This document shows, piece after piece, positions 32,198 through 43,506 of a stretch of 64,000 nucleotides of DNA (the first letter of the stretch is position 1; every line of letters begins with the position of its first letter). The notes beneath the pieces were generated by a model, which saw only the letters and a list, made by a program, of their open reading frames with translations, had not been told where the DNA came from and made no database searches. The stretch is from an uncultured Pelagibacteraceae bacterium. Lineage in GTDB: Bacteria > Pseudomonadota > Alphaproteobacteria > Pelagibacterales > Pelagibacteraceae. The DNA is taken from positions 2,070 through 66,069 of the forward strand of contig CACGAM010000003.1 of the NCBI GenBank assembly GCA_902571055.1, given 5' to 3'. Both the position numbers and the translations under genes were made by a program.

Positions 32198-32198
32198 A

Positions 32199-32384
32199 AT
32201 GAAAAAAAAAATAAAACAATTTACAAAAGACCAAGCAATTAAAGAAATAGATAAGTTAAAAAAAGATTTATTTAACTTCAGATTTCAAAAAATTAACGGT
32301 CAACTAAAAAATTATGCTAAAGTTTCTGAAACAAAAAAATCTATAGCAAAATTAAAAACTTACTTGGAGAAAAATAGTGCCTAA
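32199..32384 (+). CDS. rpmC: 50S ribosomal protein L29
   Basis: LKKDLFNFRFQ..GQL..KKSIAKLKT; synteny. Confidence 0.93.
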   Translation: MKKKIKQFTKDQAIKEIDKLKKDLFNFRFQKINGQLKNYAKVSETKKSIAKLKTYLEKNSA

Positions 32385-32613
32385 AAAAATATTATCAGGT
32401 GTTGTAATAAGCGATAAACCTAATAAATCAATAACAGTTCTAGTTGAAAGAAAATATCAACATCCTCTACTTAAAAAAGTTATAAAATCAAAAAAAAAAT
32501 ACAATGTCCATGATGAACAGAATAAATTCAAAAATGGCGATAAAGTCAAAATAATAGAATGTAAACCTTATTCTAAAACTAAAAAATTTGAAGTTATTGG
32601 AGATCATAAATGA
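32377..32613 (+). CDS. rpsQ: 30S ribosomal protein S17
   Basis: [21 protein letters not shown]; GTG start. Confidence 0.97.
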   Translation: MPKKILSGVVISDKPNKSITVLVERKYQHPLLKKVIKSKKKYNVHDEQNKFKNGDKVKIIECKPYSKTKKFEVIGDHK

Positions 32614-32978
32614 TACAAGTTCAGACAGAATTAATGGTTGCAGATAATACAGGGGCAAAAAGAATTGAGTGTATTAAAGTTTTAGGTGGATCAAAAAGGA
32701 GATACGCAAGTATAGGTGATACAATAGTTGTTGCAATTAAAGAAGCAATTCCAAAGGGAAAAGTAAAGAAAGGATCTGTACATAAAGCTGTTGTTGTAAG
32801 AGTTAAAAAGGGCATTCATAGAAATGATGGTTCGAAAGTTAAGTTTGATAATAATGCAGCTGTTTTGACTGATGATAAAGGCGAACCTATCGGAACAAGA
32901 ATATTTGGTCCTGTGACTAGAGAATTAAGAAACAAAGGACAAATGAAAATAATCTCTTTGGCACCGGAGGTTCTTTAA
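32610..32978 (+). CDS. rplN: 50S ribosomal protein L14
   Basis: [24 protein letters not shown]. Confidence 0.99.
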   Translation: MIQVQTELMVADNTGAKRIECIKVLGGSKRRYASIGDTIVVAIKEAIPKGKVKKGSVHKAVVVRVKKGIHRNDGSKVKFDNNAAVLTDDKGEPIGTRIFGPVTRELRNKGQMKIISLAPEVL

Positions 32979-33224
32979 ATGATAAAAAAAGGCTTGAAAG
33001 TTAAAGTGTTGGTTGGGAAAGATAAAAATAAAGAAGGAGAGGTTATCGAGCTCGATAAAAGTAATTTTAGAGCTAAAGTTAAAGGATTAAACATAATAAA
33101 AAAACACGTAAAAACTACGAAAGAGAATAAAGGTGGAATTTTTGATAAAGAGAACTTTATACACCTTTCAAATCTTAAAATTATTGATGATAATATGCAA
33201 AAAAAAAATGAGAATAAAAAATGA
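32979..33224 (+). CDS. rplX: 50S ribosomal protein L24 (short)
   Basis: [29 protein letters not shown]. Confidence 0.95.
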   Translation: MIKKGLKVKVLVGKDKNKEGEVIELDKSNFRAKVKGLNIIKKHVKTTKENKGGIFDKENFIHLSNLKIIDDNMQKKNENKK

Positions 33225-33775
33225 TACCACGTTTAAAAGAAACATTTAAAAAAGAAATACAGCAAGAGTTAAAAAATAAGTTCGGATATAAAAGTATTTA
33301 TATGGTTCCTGAAATTAAAAAAATTGTTATTAATATGGGACTTGGTTTAGACGGAAATGATAACAAAATTTTAAAAAGCTGTGAAGATGATATGTCAAAA
33401 ATTACTGGTCAAAAACCAGTAATTACAAAATTCAAAAAGTCTATTTCAAATTTTAAAACAAGAAAAAATACCAATGCAGGTATTAAATCAACTTTAAGAA
33501 AAAATAAAATGTATGAATTTATTGACAGATTAGTAAATATAGCACTTCCAAGAATCAAAGATTTTAGAGGATTAAGATTAAATGGATTTGATAAGTTTGG
33601 AAACTATACTTTTGGAGTTAAGGAACATATTATATTCCCTGAAGTGAATTTTGAAAAGGTTGAGAAAATTAGAGGCTTAGATATTACCATTGTCATAAAA
33701 AGCAGAAGTGTTAAAGATAGCCTTGAATTATTAAAAAAATTTAATTTCCCATTTATAGAAAGTAAAGGTAATTAA
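33221..33775 (+). CDS. rplE: 50S ribosomal protein L5
   Basis: [24 protein letters not shown]. Confidence 0.99.
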   Translation: MIPRLKETFKKEIQQELKNKFGYKSIYMVPEIKKIVINMGLGLDGNDNKILKSCEDDMSKITGQKPVITKFKKSISNFKTRKNTNAGIKSTLRKNKMYEFIDRLVNIALPRIKDFRGLRLNGFDKFGNYTFGVKEHIIFPEVNFEKVEKIRGLDITIVIKSRSVKDSLELLKKFNFPFIESKGN

Positions 33776-33776
33776 T

Positions 33777-34082
33777 ATGGCAAAACTAAGCTCAGTTAAC
33801 AAAAATAATCGGAGAATTAAACTTTCAGACAAGTACTATAAAAAAAGAAAAGGTTTAAAAAAAATTATTATGAATAAAAAACTTGGTTTAGAGGAAAGAT
33901 TTAAGGCACAACAAAAACTGTCTAAACTCCCAAGAAATTCATCAAAAACGAGGGTCATGAATAGATGTCAAATTACAGGAAGACCTCATGGTGTTTACAG
34001 AAAATTAAAAATATCAAGGATAGCTCTTAGAAAATTAGGCTTAGAGGGCAAAATCCCTGGAATGGTAAAATCAAGTTGGTAG
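33777..34082 (+). CDS. rpsN: 30S ribosomal protein S14 (long, non-Zn form)
   Basis: [23 protein letters not shown]. Confidence 0.98.
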   Translation: MAKLSSVNKNNRRIKLSDKYYKKRKGLKKIIMNKKLGLEERFKAQQKLSKLPRNSSKTRVMNRCQITGRPHGVYRKLKISRIALRKLGLEGKIPGMVKSSW

Positions 34083-34094
34083 AAAGGATATTAT

Positions 34095-34490
34095 ATGAGC
34101 TTAAGTGACCCAATTGGAGATATGTTAGCGAGGATTAAAAATGCTCAAATGCGAGCTCACAAAATTGTAAAAATGCCGTCATCTAAATTTAAAATAAAAA
34201 TAGCCGAAGTTTTAAAAAATGAGGGTTTTATAAAGGATCATAAAATCATAGATGAAAATAATAAATCAGAAATTAACATCTATTTAAAATATAGCTCTGG
34301 AAGCCCTGTTATTAATTCTATTGAAAGAGTATCAAGACCAGGAAGAAGAATTTTCTCTAGTGCTGAAAGTTTGCCAAAAATTAACAACGGATTAGGCATA
34401 GCTATAATCTCTACTCCAAAAGGCGTTATGAGTGATGTTAATGCAAGAAAGCAAAAAATTGGTGGTGAAATAATTTGTAAGGTGTTTTAA
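34095..34490 (+). CDS. rpsH: 30S ribosomal protein S8
   Basis: DPIGDMLARIKNA, SRPGRR, ISTPKGVM. Confidence 0.99.
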   Translation: MSLSDPIGDMLARIKNAQMRAHKIVKMPSSKFKIKIAEVLKNEGFIKDHKIIDENNKSEINIYLKYSSGSPVINSIERVSRPGRRIFSSAESLPKINNGLGIAIISTPKGVMSDVNARKQKIGGEIICKVF

Positions 34491-35029
34491 TGTCTAAAAT
34501 AGGTAAATTAAGTATATCAATTCCTGAAAAAGTAAAAGTTGCTTTAAATGGCAATCTATTAAATATTGAAGGTCCACTAGGAAAAAAGGTTTTAAATTTA
34601 GATCTCAAAATATTTGATTTAAATATATTGGAAGGTAAGGAAGTATCGATTAAACCAAAAATTATCGACGAAAATACAAAAAAACTTTGGGGAATGAATA
34701 GAAGTTTACTTAATAATGCAATCATAGGTGCTAGTACTGGATATGAAAAAATATTAGAACTTACCGGGGTAGGATATAGAGCCGCTATTAAAGAAAAGGT
34801 TTTAAATTTACAACTTGGATTTAGTCACGATATTAATTTTGAAATCCCTAATGATTTAAAAATTACAGTTGAAAAACAGACAATAATTAAAATAAGTGGA
34901 AGTGACAAACAGTTAGTTGGAATGACAGCATCGAAAATTAAATCTATTAGACCGCCTGAGCCTTATAAAGGCAAAGGAATTAAAGAAAAAGGACAATATA
35001 TCCTAAGAAAAGAAGGTAAAAAAAAATAA
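34490..35029 (+). CDS. rplF: 50S ribosomal protein L6
   Basis: [17 protein letters not shown]. Confidence 0.99.
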   Translation: MSKIGKLSISIPEKVKVALNGNLLNIEGPLGKKVLNLDLKIFDLNILEGKEVSIKPKIIDENTKKLWGMNRSLLNNAIIGASTGYEKILELTGVGYRAAIKEKVLNLQLGFSHDINFEIPNDLKITVEKQTIIKISGSDKQLVGMTASKIKSIRPPEPYKGKGIKEKGQYILRKEGKKK

Positions 35030-35382
35030 TGAAGTTATCAACGTCACAAAGAAAAAAATTTAGAGTTAGAAATAAGCTTAAAAAGTATTCTTCAGTCAAC
35101 AGGTATAGGTTAACTGTGTCTAGATCTTCCAAAAATATTAGTGCTCAAATTATTGATGATTTAAAAAAAATAACCTTGTTATCAGCTACATCAAATCAAA
35201 AATCACTAAAAAATATTAAAAAAACTAAAAGTGAAGTCTCAACTATTGTAGCCGAAGACCTTGCAAAAAAAGCAAAAGAACTAAAAATTAATAAAATTTA
35301 TTTTGACAGAGGTATTTATAAATATCATGGAAGAGTTAAAATTTTTGCTGATACACTTAGAAAAAATGGGATGGAGTTTTAA
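35029..35382 (+). CDS. rplR: 50S ribosomal protein L18
   Basis: [19 protein letters not shown]. Confidence 0.98.
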   Translation: MKLSTSQRKKFRVRNKLKKYSSVNRYRLTVSRSSKNISAQIIDDLKKITLLSATSNQKSLKNIKKTKSEVSTIVAEDLAKKAKELKINKIYFDRGIYKYHGRVKIFADTLRKNGMEF

Positions 35383-35385
35383 TAA

Positions 35386-35886
35386 ATGGAAAAAAATAAC
35401 GAACTTTTAGAAAAACTTGTTCATATAAATAGGATTACAAAAGTTGTAAAGGGTGGTAGAAGATTTGGTTTTTCAGCATTGGTTGTAGTTGGTAATCAAA
35501 ATGGAAAAATTGGTATAGCTCACGCCAAAGCAAAACAAGTTCCTGATGCTATCAAAAAAGCAAATGATTTAGCGAAAAGAAATCTGATACAAATTCCATT
35601 AAGAGAAGGTAGGACGATACATCATGATATTTACGGAAAAGATGGTGCAGGTAAAATTAAGTTAAGATCGGCACCCAAAGGCACAGGTATTATTGCTGGA
35701 GGACCTGTCAGAGCAGTATGTGAGGTTTTAGGAATAAAAGATATTGTTGCAAAATCAATAGGAACATCTAATCCTCATAATGTTATTCGCGCATGTATGA
35801 AAGCACTTTCGAAACAAAATTCACCAAAGAATATATCTAATTTAAGAAACAAGAAAGTTTCAGAAATAGTGGAGAAAAGAGGATAA
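35386..35886 (+). CDS. rpsE: 30S ribosomal protein S5
   Basis: [26 protein letters not shown]. Confidence 0.99.
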   Translation: MEKNNELLEKLVHINRITKVVKGGRRFGFSALVVVGNQNGKIGIAHAKAKQVPDAIKKANDLAKRNLIQIPLREGRTIHHDIYGKDGAGKIKLRSAPKGTGIIAGGPVRAVCEVLGIKDIVAKSIGTSNPHNVIRACMKALSKQNSPKNISNLRNKKVSEIVEKRG

Positions 35887-36344
35887 TGACATCATTAAAC
35901 TCAACACTGAAAGTTAAACAAAAGAAAACAAGGGTTGGTAGAGGTATAGGCTCTGGAAAAGGCAAAACATCTGGTAGAGGTGTAAAGGGTCAAAAATCAA
36001 GGTCAGGCGTTGCTATAAAAAGTTTTGAAGGTGGTCAAATGCCTTTATTTAGGAGATTACCTAAAAGAGGATTTAATCCTATCCCAAATACTAAAATTGC
36101 AACATTTAACTTAAATAAATTGCAGAATTTGATTGAAAAAAACAAAATTAAAACAGAGGATACTATTAATCTTGATTTTTTGATTAAAAATAAATTAATT
36201 AAAAAAACTTTTAATGGATTAAAAATTCTTGGAAGTGGAGATTTAAAAACAAAGTTAAATATTGAGACAAATTTTATTTCAAAAAGTGCAAAAATTAAAC
36301 TTGATAAACTAGGTTGCTCTGTATCAATCAAAACATTTAGTTAA
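35886..36344 (+). CDS. rplO: 50S ribosomal protein L15
   Basis: [25 protein letters not shown]. Confidence 0.99.
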   Translation: MTSLNSTLKVKQKKTRVGRGIGSGKGKTSGRGVKGQKSRSGVAIKSFEGGQMPLFRRLPKRGFNPIPNTKIATFNLNKLQNLIEKNKIKTEDTINLDFLIKNKLIKKTFNGLKILGSGDLKTKLNIETNFISKSAKIKLDKLGCSVSIKTFS

Positions 36345-37621
36345 TGAGCGCGTCATCAAATAATGATTTAAGAAACAGAGTTCTTTTTACTATTTTAGTT
36401 TTATCAATTTATAGATTGGGAACATTTATACCGCTGCCGGGAATTGACCCAGAACAATTAAAAATTTTAATGGAGGGTAATCAAAAAGGATTACTCGGTA
36501 TGTTTAATGTATTTGCAGGCGGTGCAGTAAGTAGAATGGCTATATTTGCACTTGGTATTATGCCATATATCTCTTCATCAATTATTGTACAGCTGTTAAC
36601 AGGTGTATCAGATTACTTTAAAAATCTTAAAGCACAGGGTGAGACGGGGAGACAGAAAATTACTCAAATCACCAGATACGGAACTGTACTTTTGGCTACA
36701 ATACAAGGATTTGGTTTAGCTGTTGGGCTTGAATCATCTGCAAATTTAGTAATAAACCCTGGTTTATTTTTTAAAATTTCAACGGTTACTACTATAGTTG
36801 CTGGTACAATTTTCTTGATGTGGTTAGGTGAACAGATAACACAAAGAGGAATAGGTAATGGAATATCTTTAATTATTTTTTCAGGTATCGTTGCTGAAAT
36901 TCCTAGAGCATTAGTTACAACATTTGAATTAGGTAGAACAGGAGCAATATCAACTACAATGATTATAGGTATTTTTATTTTATTAGTAGCAACAATAATG
37001 TTTATTGTTTTTATGGAAAGAGCTTTAAGGAAAATTTTAATAAATTACCCAAAAAGACAAATGGGTAATAAGATGTTTGGTGGTGAGTCATCCCATTTAC
37101 CTTTAAAAATTAATTCAGCTGGAGTAATACCAGCAATTTTTGCATCTGCGCTTTTATTATTACCTGTTACATTTTCAAATTTTAATGTTTCTGAAAGCGA
37201 AACTTTCTTAAATATAAGTTCTTTTTTTTCTCAAGGACAACCTTTATATATGCTCTTATATGCAACAGGTATAATTTTTTTCACATTTTTTTATACATCA
37301 ATAACATTTAATCCTAATGAGACAGCAGAAAACTTAAGAAAGTATGGTGGTTTTATACCTGGTATAAGGCCAGGAGAAAGTACAGCGCTTTATATTGATA
37401 ATATTTTAACAAAACTAACAACAATTGGTGCGCTGTATCTAACCTTAGTTTGCTTAATGCCAGAGTTCTTAATTGCAAATTATCCAATTCCTTTTTATTT
37501 AGGGGGAACATCAATTTTGATTGTTGTTGTGGTAGCTATAGATACGGTAACACAAATTCAAACCAGACTAATGAGTTCACAATACGAGCAATTAATAAAA
37601 AAAACTAAGTTTGGAAGATAG
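36344..37621 (+). CDS. secY: Preprotein translocase subunit SecY
   Basis: FALGIMPYISSSII, GIGNGISLIIF, IPGIRPG. Confidence 0.99.
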   Translation: MSASSNNDLRNRVLFTILVLSIYRLGTFIPLPGIDPEQLKILMEGNQKGLLGMFNVFAGGAVSRMAIFALGIMPYISSSIIVQLLTGVSDYFKNLKAQGETGRQKITQITRYGTVLLATIQGFGLAVGLESSANLVINPGLFFKISTVTTIVAGTIFLMWLGEQITQRGIGNGISLIIFSGIVAEIPRALVTTFELGRTGAISTTMIIGIFILLVATIMFIVFMERALRKILINYPKRQMGNKMFGGESSHLPLKINSAGVIPAIFASALLLLPVTFSNFNVSESETFLNISSFFSQGQPLYMLLYATGIIFFTFFYTSITFNPNETAENLRKYGGFIPGIRPGESTALYIDNILTKLTTIGALYLTLVCLMPEFLIANYPIPFYLGGTSILIVVVVAIDTVTQIQTRLMSSQYEQLIKKTKFGR

Positions 37622-38184
37622 TGAATATAATTATTTTTGGACCACCAGGTGCTGGTAAGGGTACACAAGCAAAAAATCTTGTTAAAAAATTAAATAGTTT
37701 TCAAATATCTACTGGAGATATGTTGAGAGAAGAAATTAAAAAAGATACAGATATTGGAAAAAAAATCGTTAACAATATGAATAACGGAAAATTCGTAGAT
37801 GATGATATTGTTAATAAACTTCTTGAAAAAATAGTATTCGATGTCTCTAAGAAAAATAGATTAATATTTGATGGATATCCAAGAACTATTAACCAAGCAA
37901 AAAATCTTGAGAAACTTTTGAATAGCTCAGGTCAAAAAGTAGATTTTGTTTTTTTTTTAAATGTTAATAAAGATGCAATTATAAAAAGAATAGAAAAAAG
38001 AAAAATTTTAGAAAAACGGTCCGATGATGACTTTAAAACTATCTTAAAAAGATACGATACATACATGGAAGTGACAAAACCAGTCTTAAAATATTATTCA
38101 AAAAAGAATAATTTTCATGAGGTAGATGGATCGACGGAAATAATCAATATATCACAAAAAATTGAGGAAATACTTAATGTTTAA
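37621..38184 (+). CDS. adk: Adenylate kinase (short-LID type)
   Basis: GPPGAGKGTQA, STGDMLR, DGYPRT, short R..RSDD lid; GTG start. Confidence 0.97.
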   Translation: MNIIIFGPPGAGKGTQAKNLVKKLNSFQISTGDMLREEIKKDTDIGKKIVNNMNNGKFVDDDIVNKLLEKIVFDVSKKNRLIFDGYPRTINQAKNLEKLLNSSGQKVDFVFFLNVNKDAIIKRIEKRKILEKRSDDDFKTILKRYDTYMEVTKPVLKYYSKKNNFHEVDGSTEIINISQKIEEILNV

Positions 38185-38188
38185 CACA

Positions 38189-38216
38189 TTGACATTAAAA
38201 CATCTTCTTATATAAA
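38189..38216 (+). promoter_or_regulatory. Putative sigma70 promoter of the alpha operon
   Basis: TTGACA (38189-38194), 16-nt spacer, TATAAA (38211-38216), 23 nt before the rpsM ATG. Confidence 0.6.
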
Positions 38217-38239
38217 AGGCTAAATTTAATCACAAATAT

Positions 38240-38623
38240 ATGGCACGTATCGCAGGTGTAAACATTCCTCAGAATAAACTCGTAAAAATTGGACTAACTT
38301 ATATTTATGGTATTGGTGATAAATTTTCAAATGATATCTGTAACTCACTATCTATACCGAGTTCAAAAAGAGTTAATGAATTAACTGATGAGGAAATATT
38401 AAAAATCAGAGAGTACATAGATAAAAATTTTACGGTAGAGGGCGATTTAAGAAGAGATAAATCTTTTAGTATTAAAAGATTAATTGATCTTGCCTCATAT
38501 AGAGGATTACGACATAAAAAAAAACTTCCAGTAAGAGGTCAAAGAACAAGATGTAATGCTAGAACTAGAAAAGGAAAAGCTATAGCTATAGCTGGGAAAA
38601 AACTAACCCCATTAAAGAAATAA
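38240..38623 (+). CDS. rpsM: 30S ribosomal protein S13
   Basis: [18 protein letters not shown]. Confidence 0.99.
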   Translation: MARIAGVNIPQNKLVKIGLTYIYGIGDKFSNDICNSLSIPSSKRVNELTDEEILKIREYIDKNFTVEGDLRRDKSFSIKRLIDLASYRGLRHKKKLPVRGQRTRCNARTRKGKAIAIAGKKLTPLKK

Positions 38624-38624
38624 A

Positions 38625-39071
38625 ATGCCAAAAGAAAAAAAGGTTGATGAAAAAAAAGATTTAGAAAATAAAAGTAAGATTGCTAAAAAAAGTTCTTATT
38701 CAAAAAAAAAAAAGATTAAGAAAGTAATAACAAATGGAATTGCTTATGTGCAATCTACATTTAATAACACGATAGTATCAATAGCAGACACCAACGGTAA
38801 TGTTATATCCTGGGCTTCTTCTGGACAAAAAGGATTTAAAGGCTCTAGAAAATCAACACCTTATGCTGCCCAAGTTGCAGCTGATTCAGCAGCAGCTAAA
38901 GCTCTTGAGTATGGAATGAAAGTTTTGACGGTTGAAATTAAAGGTCCTGGTTCTGGGCGTGAAACTGCTCTAAGAGCACTTCAGTCAAGAGGTTTTAAAA
39001 TTTTATCTATAAAAGATACAACTCCATTGCCTCATAATGGAACAAGACCACCAAAAAAAAGGAGAGTATAA
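38625..39071 (+). CDS. rpsK: 30S ribosomal protein S11
   Basis: [21 protein letters not shown]; Lys-rich N-terminal extension. Confidence 0.99.
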   Translation: MPKEKKVDEKKDLENKSKIAKKSSYSKKKKIKKVITNGIAYVQSTFNNTIVSIADTNGNVISWASSGQKGFKGSRKSTPYAAQVAADSAAAKALEYGMKVLTVEIKGPGSGRETALRALQSRGFKILSIKDTTPLPHNGTRPPKKRRV

Positions 39072-40100
39072 ATGGAAAATGCAGACGTAAATATAAAAAA
39101 TTGGAAATCATTAATTAAACCCTCAAAGTTAGATGTAAAACTTAGTGATGATAAATCATATGCAAAAATTATTGCTGAACCTTTAGAGAAAGGTTATGGA
39201 CTAACTTTAGGAAATTCGCTAAGAAGAATATTGCTTTCATCTATTAGAGGAACTGCAGTCACTGCAATCCAAATTGATGGTGTATTACATGAATTTACAT
39301 CAATAAAAGGTGTAAGGGAAGATGTAACAGATATAGTGTTAAACGTTAAATCATTAGCACTTAAGTGTAGCACTGACACTTCAAAAAAATTAATTTTAGA
39401 CGCAAAAGGACCTGGTGAAATTAAAGCATCAGATATAACTCCTGTTACAGATATTGAAATATTAAATCCTGATTTAGTAATATGTAATTTAGACGAAAAC
39501 ACTAACTTCCATATGGAAATGGTTATTGGATCCGGCAAAGGTTACGTTTCAGCTGATTTAAATAAACCTGAAGAACCTCCATTGGGTTTAATACCTATAG
39601 ATTCACTTTTTAGTCCAGTTAAAAAAGTATCATACTCAATTAGTACTGCGAGAGAGGGAAAAGCATTAGACTATGATAAATTAACCATGGAAGTAGAGAC
39701 TAATGGCTCAATATCCGCGGAGGATGCAGTTGCATATTCAGCAAGAATTTTCCAAGATCAACTTGGAATGTTTGTAAATTTTGATGAGCCGCAAGAGGTA
39801 ATTGTTAGAGACAAACCTTCAGAGCCTGAATTTAATAAAAATTTACTGAGAAAAGTCGATGAGCTTGAGTTATCTGTTAGATCAATGAACTGTCTTAAAA
39901 ATGATAATATAATTTATATAGGTGATTTGGTCCAAAAATCGGAGGGTGAAATGCTAAGAACCCCTAACTTTGGAAGAAAATCACTAAACGAGATTAAAGA
40001 GGTTTTAACAGGGATGTCGTTATATTTAGGCATGGAAATACCTAATTGGCCTCCTGATAATATTGCTGAATTATCAAAAAAACTTGAAGAAAGCATTTAA
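39072..40100 (+). CDS. rpoA: RNA polymerase alpha subunit
   Basis: [33 protein letters not shown]. Confidence 0.99.
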   Translation: MENADVNIKNWKSLIKPSKLDVKLSDDKSYAKIIAEPLEKGYGLTLGNSLRRILLSSIRGTAVTAIQIDGVLHEFTSIKGVREDVTDIVLNVKSLALKCSTDTSKKLILDAKGPGEIKASDITPVTDIEILNPDLVICNLDENTNFHMEMVIGSGKGYVSADLNKPEEPPLGLIPIDSLFSPVKKVSYSISTAREGKALDYDKLTMEVETNGSISAEDAVAYSARIFQDQLGMFVNFDEPQEVIVRDKPSEPEFNKNLLRKVDELELSVRSMNCLKNDNIIYIGDLVQKSEGEMLRTPNFGRKSLNEIKEVLTGMSLYLGMEIPNWPPDNIAELSKKLEESI

Positions 40101-40102
40101 TA

Positions 40103-40552
40103 ATGCGTCATAAAATTGGTTATAAAAAATTAAATAGAACATCCGAGCATAGAAAAGCTTTAATTAAGAACATGTTAGGTTCACTTATTAAATACGAACA
40201 AATTAAAACTACACTACCAAAGGCTAAAGTTTTAAGACCTGTTGCAGAGAAAATAATCACCTTAGGTAAAAAAGATACATTACATAATACAAAAACTATA
40301 ATATCTAAACTTCAAAATAAAGAGTTAGCAAAAAAAGTTAGAAATACACTATCTAAAAGATATAAAGATAGAAATGGAGGTTATACCAGGATAATAAAAG
40401 CCGGATACAGATCTGGAGATAACGCCCCTGTAGCAATCATAGAATTTGTAGATAGAGATATAAATGCAAAAAAAGTTGATAAGAAAGAAAAGAGTCTGAC
40501 TAAAGATAAAGACTTAAAAGAAAAAAAAGAAGATAATAAAGATAAATCATAA
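40103..40552 (+). CDS. rplQ: 50S ribosomal protein L17
   Basis: [24 protein letters not shown]. Confidence 0.99.
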   Translation: MRHKIGYKKLNRTSEHRKALIKNMLGSLIKYEQIKTTLPKAKVLRPVAEKIITLGKKDTLHNTKTIISKLQNKELAKKVRNTLSKRYKDRNGGYTRIIKAGYRSGDNAPVAIIEFVDRDINAKKVDKKEKSLTKDKDLKEKKEDNKDKS

Positions 40553-40565
40553 AATAATTAATCAC

Positions 40566-41465
40566 ATGATAAGGATTTTTAAAGTCAAACCTGATCATGA
40601 TAATATTCGATTGGATCGTTGGTTTAAATTAAATATTTCCAAAATACCTCAAAGTTTAATTCAGAAATTTTTACGTTTAGGCAAAATTAAGGTTAATAAA
40701 AAAAAGGTTAAAAATAATTATAGATTATATAAAAATGATAAAGTTTATCTATATGATATCAATATAAAAAATGATTTAAAAAAAATTTTTTTTTTACCCT
40801 CTAGAGAGTTAGTTAAATCAAAAGAAAACGAAATTATTTTTAATAATAACGATTATGTAGTTATAAATAAAAGCCCAGGTGTTGCTGTACAGGGTGGTAC
40901 AAAATCATTCAAAAACCTAATAGATATCTATTCTAAAAGCAAATTTTTTGAAAATTCAAAGCCATATACAGTTCATAGACTCGATAAAGAAACATCTGGA
41001 GTGATGATAATCGCCAAAAATAGAAAATATGCTCAACTGTTTACTTCTTTATTTAGAATTAGAAAAATTTATAAAACCTATCTAGCTATATGCATAGGTG
41101 AAGTTAAAAATTTAAAGGGTGTCTTAGTTGATAATTTAGAAAAAAAAGAAAATAATAAAAAAATTTATGAAAAAGCTATTACAAATTACAAGGTTCTTAA
41201 TAAAAACTCACAATTTAGTTTAGTTGAATTAAAACCTTTAACAGGTCGAAAACACCAATTAAGAAAACAAACCTCATTAATTGGACATCCAATTGTAGGT
41301 GACGATAAATATTCTGCTACTCAAAAAAAAACAAAAAAACTCATGTTACATGCTAGTAATATAAAATTTAAAATAGACGGTAAAAACTTAGAGTATAGTG
41401 CTAATTTACCCAATCATTTCTTAAAATTTCTAAAATCAACTAATTTAAATTATTTAAGTATTTAA
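40566..41465 (+). CDS. rluC: RluA-family pseudouridine synthase with S4 domain (RluC-like)
   Basis: RLDRWF S4 domain, NKSPG..VQGG, HRLDKETSG, TGRKHQLR. Confidence 0.85.
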   Translation: MIRIFKVKPDHDNIRLDRWFKLNISKIPQSLIQKFLRLGKIKVNKKKVKNNYRLYKNDKVYLYDINIKNDLKKIFFLPSRELVKSKENEIIFNNNDYVVINKSPGVAVQGGTKSFKNLIDIYSKSKFFENSKPYTVHRLDKETSGVMIIAKNRKYAQLFTSLFRIRKIYKTYLAICIGEVKNLKGVLVDNLEKKENNKKIYEKAITNYKVLNKNSQFSLVELKPLTGRKHQLRKQTSLIGHPIVGDDKYSATQKKTKKLMLHASNIKFKIDGKNLEYSANLPNHFLKFLKSTNLNYLSI

Positions 41466-42066
41466 TAAAATTTTTAATTAAGATTTTTATAAATTTATTT
41501 TTATCTATCTCCTTTAGTTGTGAAATGTTGATTAGACCCTTATTTTTTATACCACAGGGAATAATTTTACTAAAATTATTTAAATTTACTGAATAATTAA
41601 TTGCAAATCCATGATAAGCAATCCATTTTTTTATTTTAATACCTATTGCAGCAATTTTTTTTATTTTAGATTTGTGGTTTACCCAGATCCCAATATTTTC
41701 TTTGTCATTAAACGAATTTATACCGAATTCTTTAAGCGAAAATATAATTGATTTTTCTATTATACTTATAAACCAACGTATATCTTTTTTTCTAATATTT
41801 AGATTTATTACAAAATAAAATATTATTTGACCTTTGCCGTGAAATGTTACCTTTCCACCTCTATTAGTTTTAATTATTTTAATAGATTTATCGACTATAT
41901 CAGAATCTTTAAAACTGGTTCCTGCTGTGTAAACGTTGTTATGTTCTAAAATCCATATCAATTCAGGTTTATTGTTTTTAAGTATATTTGTAATCCTATT
42001 TTCCAATATTTTAATAGCTTTTTTGTAAATTACAGGTTTTTTTGATATTTTTGTTTCTATAATCAT
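41440..42066 (-). CDS. lipB: Octanoyltransferase LipB
   Basis: LEH..VYTAG, RGGKVTFHGKGQ, KIAAIG, HGFAIN, IIPCG. Confidence 0.96.
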   Translation of the reverse strand: MIIETKISKKPVIYKKAIKILENRITNILKNNKPELIWILEHNNVYTAGTSFKDSDIVDKSIKIIKTNRGGKVTFHGKGQIIFYFVINLNIRKKDIRWFISIIEKSIIFSLKEFGINSFNDKENIGIWVNHKSKIKKIAAIGIKIKKWIAYHGFAINYSVNLNNFSKIIPCGIKNKGLINISQLKEIDKNKFIKILIKNFIKYLNNLN

Positions 42067-42126
42067 TTTAAATTTGTATTCTAAGAATTATCCTTTAATA
42101 GTGCCATAGAAAAAATAAACATTTTT

Positions 42127-43506
42127 ATGACATTAGTAAAAAAAATAAAAGATAAAACAGTAAATTTTGAATTTAATAAAGAGTACATAAATGTAATTAC
42201 TGACAAAATTTCAACTAATGACAATGAATTTATTAGTAAGTCATTTAAAGAAATGCATCCTGCAGATGCAGCGGATATTATAGAACATTTAAATGAAAGT
42301 GATAGAGAGAAACTTGTAAAAATAAATGACTTTAAAGTTGAACCTGAGGTTTTTGTTGAATTAAACGAGTCTATTCAATCTGAAATAATAAAGTATTTAT
42401 CGACAGACTCTGTAGTTTTTATATTAAAAAATCTTGAATCAGATGATGCAATTAAAATAATTGAGAATCTTGACGAAACTAATAAAAATGATGTTTTAAG
42501 TTCATTACCGCCTAAAGATAAATTTGCTCTATTAGAAAGTTTAAGCTATCCAGAAGACTCTGCGGCAAGAATAATGCAAAGAGAATTTACCGCAATACCA
42601 AGTAATTGGTCTGTTGGACAAACAATCGACTATTTAAGAGAAAATAAGGACTTGCCTGAAGAATTTTTAGAAATTTTTATAGTAGATAATGAATTTAAAC
42701 CAATCGGGTCTGTTCCATCTTCTAAGGTTTTAAGAACACCCAGAGAAGCGAAAATGCAATCTATTATGAATGAGAGCCAACTAACCATACCAGTCGAGAT
42801 GGATAGAGAAGAGGTTGCTAATATGTTTGAAAATTATAATTTAAATTCTGCGTGTGTTGTTGATAAAAATAATAAACTTGTTGGAATGATAACAAGTGAT
42901 GATGTTTTAACCGTTCTAAAAGAAGAAGCAGAAGAAGACGCACTTAGATTAGCAGGGGTTGGTGATGAGGAAATAACAGATGGTGTATTAAAAAAAACCA
43001 AAAGAAGATTTAATTGGCTTTTATTAAACTTATTGACAGCAATTCTTGCATCTATTGTTATTGGTTTCTTCAAAGAGGATATAGAAAAAGTAGTTGCTTT
43101 AGCAGTTTTGATGCCAATTGTTGCTTCAATGGGGGGTAATGCAGGTATGCAAACTTTGGCAGTCACAATCAGGACTATTGCAACGAATCAATTAACAAAA
43201 AATAATTTTACTCAAAATGTTTTAAAAGAATTTTTAATTGGAATTTTAAATGGAATAATTTTTGCAATCATAAGTGCTTTTGTAGTCTATTTTTGGTTTA
43301 ATGATATAACCTTGTCATTAATTATATCTATTTCAATGGTTTTAAATATGATTGTTGCAGGACTTTTTGGAATTTTAGTGCCTATAACTTTAAAGAAGAT
43401 TAAAATTGATCCTGCTATTGCATCAAGTGTTTTTGTAACCACAATAACCGATGTAATTGGATTTTTATCATTTTTAGGTGTTGGGGCGTATTTTTTTTAT
43501 AATTAA
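42127..43506 (+). CDS. mgtE: Magnesium transporter MgtE
   Basis: HPADAAD N-domain, CBS pair, PIVASMGGNAGMQT, DPAIAS..TTITD. Confidence 0.97.
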   Translation: MTLVKKIKDKTVNFEFNKEYINVITDKISTNDNEFISKSFKEMHPADAADIIEHLNESDREKLVKINDFKVEPEVFVELNESIQSEIIKYLSTDSVVFILKNLESDDAIKIIENLDETNKNDVLSSLPPKDKFALLESLSYPEDSAARIMQREFTAIPSNWSVGQTIDYLRENKDLPEEFLEIFIVDNEFKPIGSVPSSKVLRTPREAKMQSIMNESQLTIPVEMDREEVANMFENYNLNSACVVDKNNKLVGMITSDDVLTVLKEEAEEDALRLAGVGDEEITDGVLKKTKRRFNWLLLNLLTAILASIVIGFFKEDIEKVVALAVLMPIVASMGGNAGMQTLAVTIRTIATNQLTKNNFTQNVLKEFLIGILNGIIFAIISAFVVYFWFNDITLSLIISISMVLNMIVAGLFGILVPITLKKIKIDPAIASSVFVTTITDVIGFLSFLGVGAYFFYN

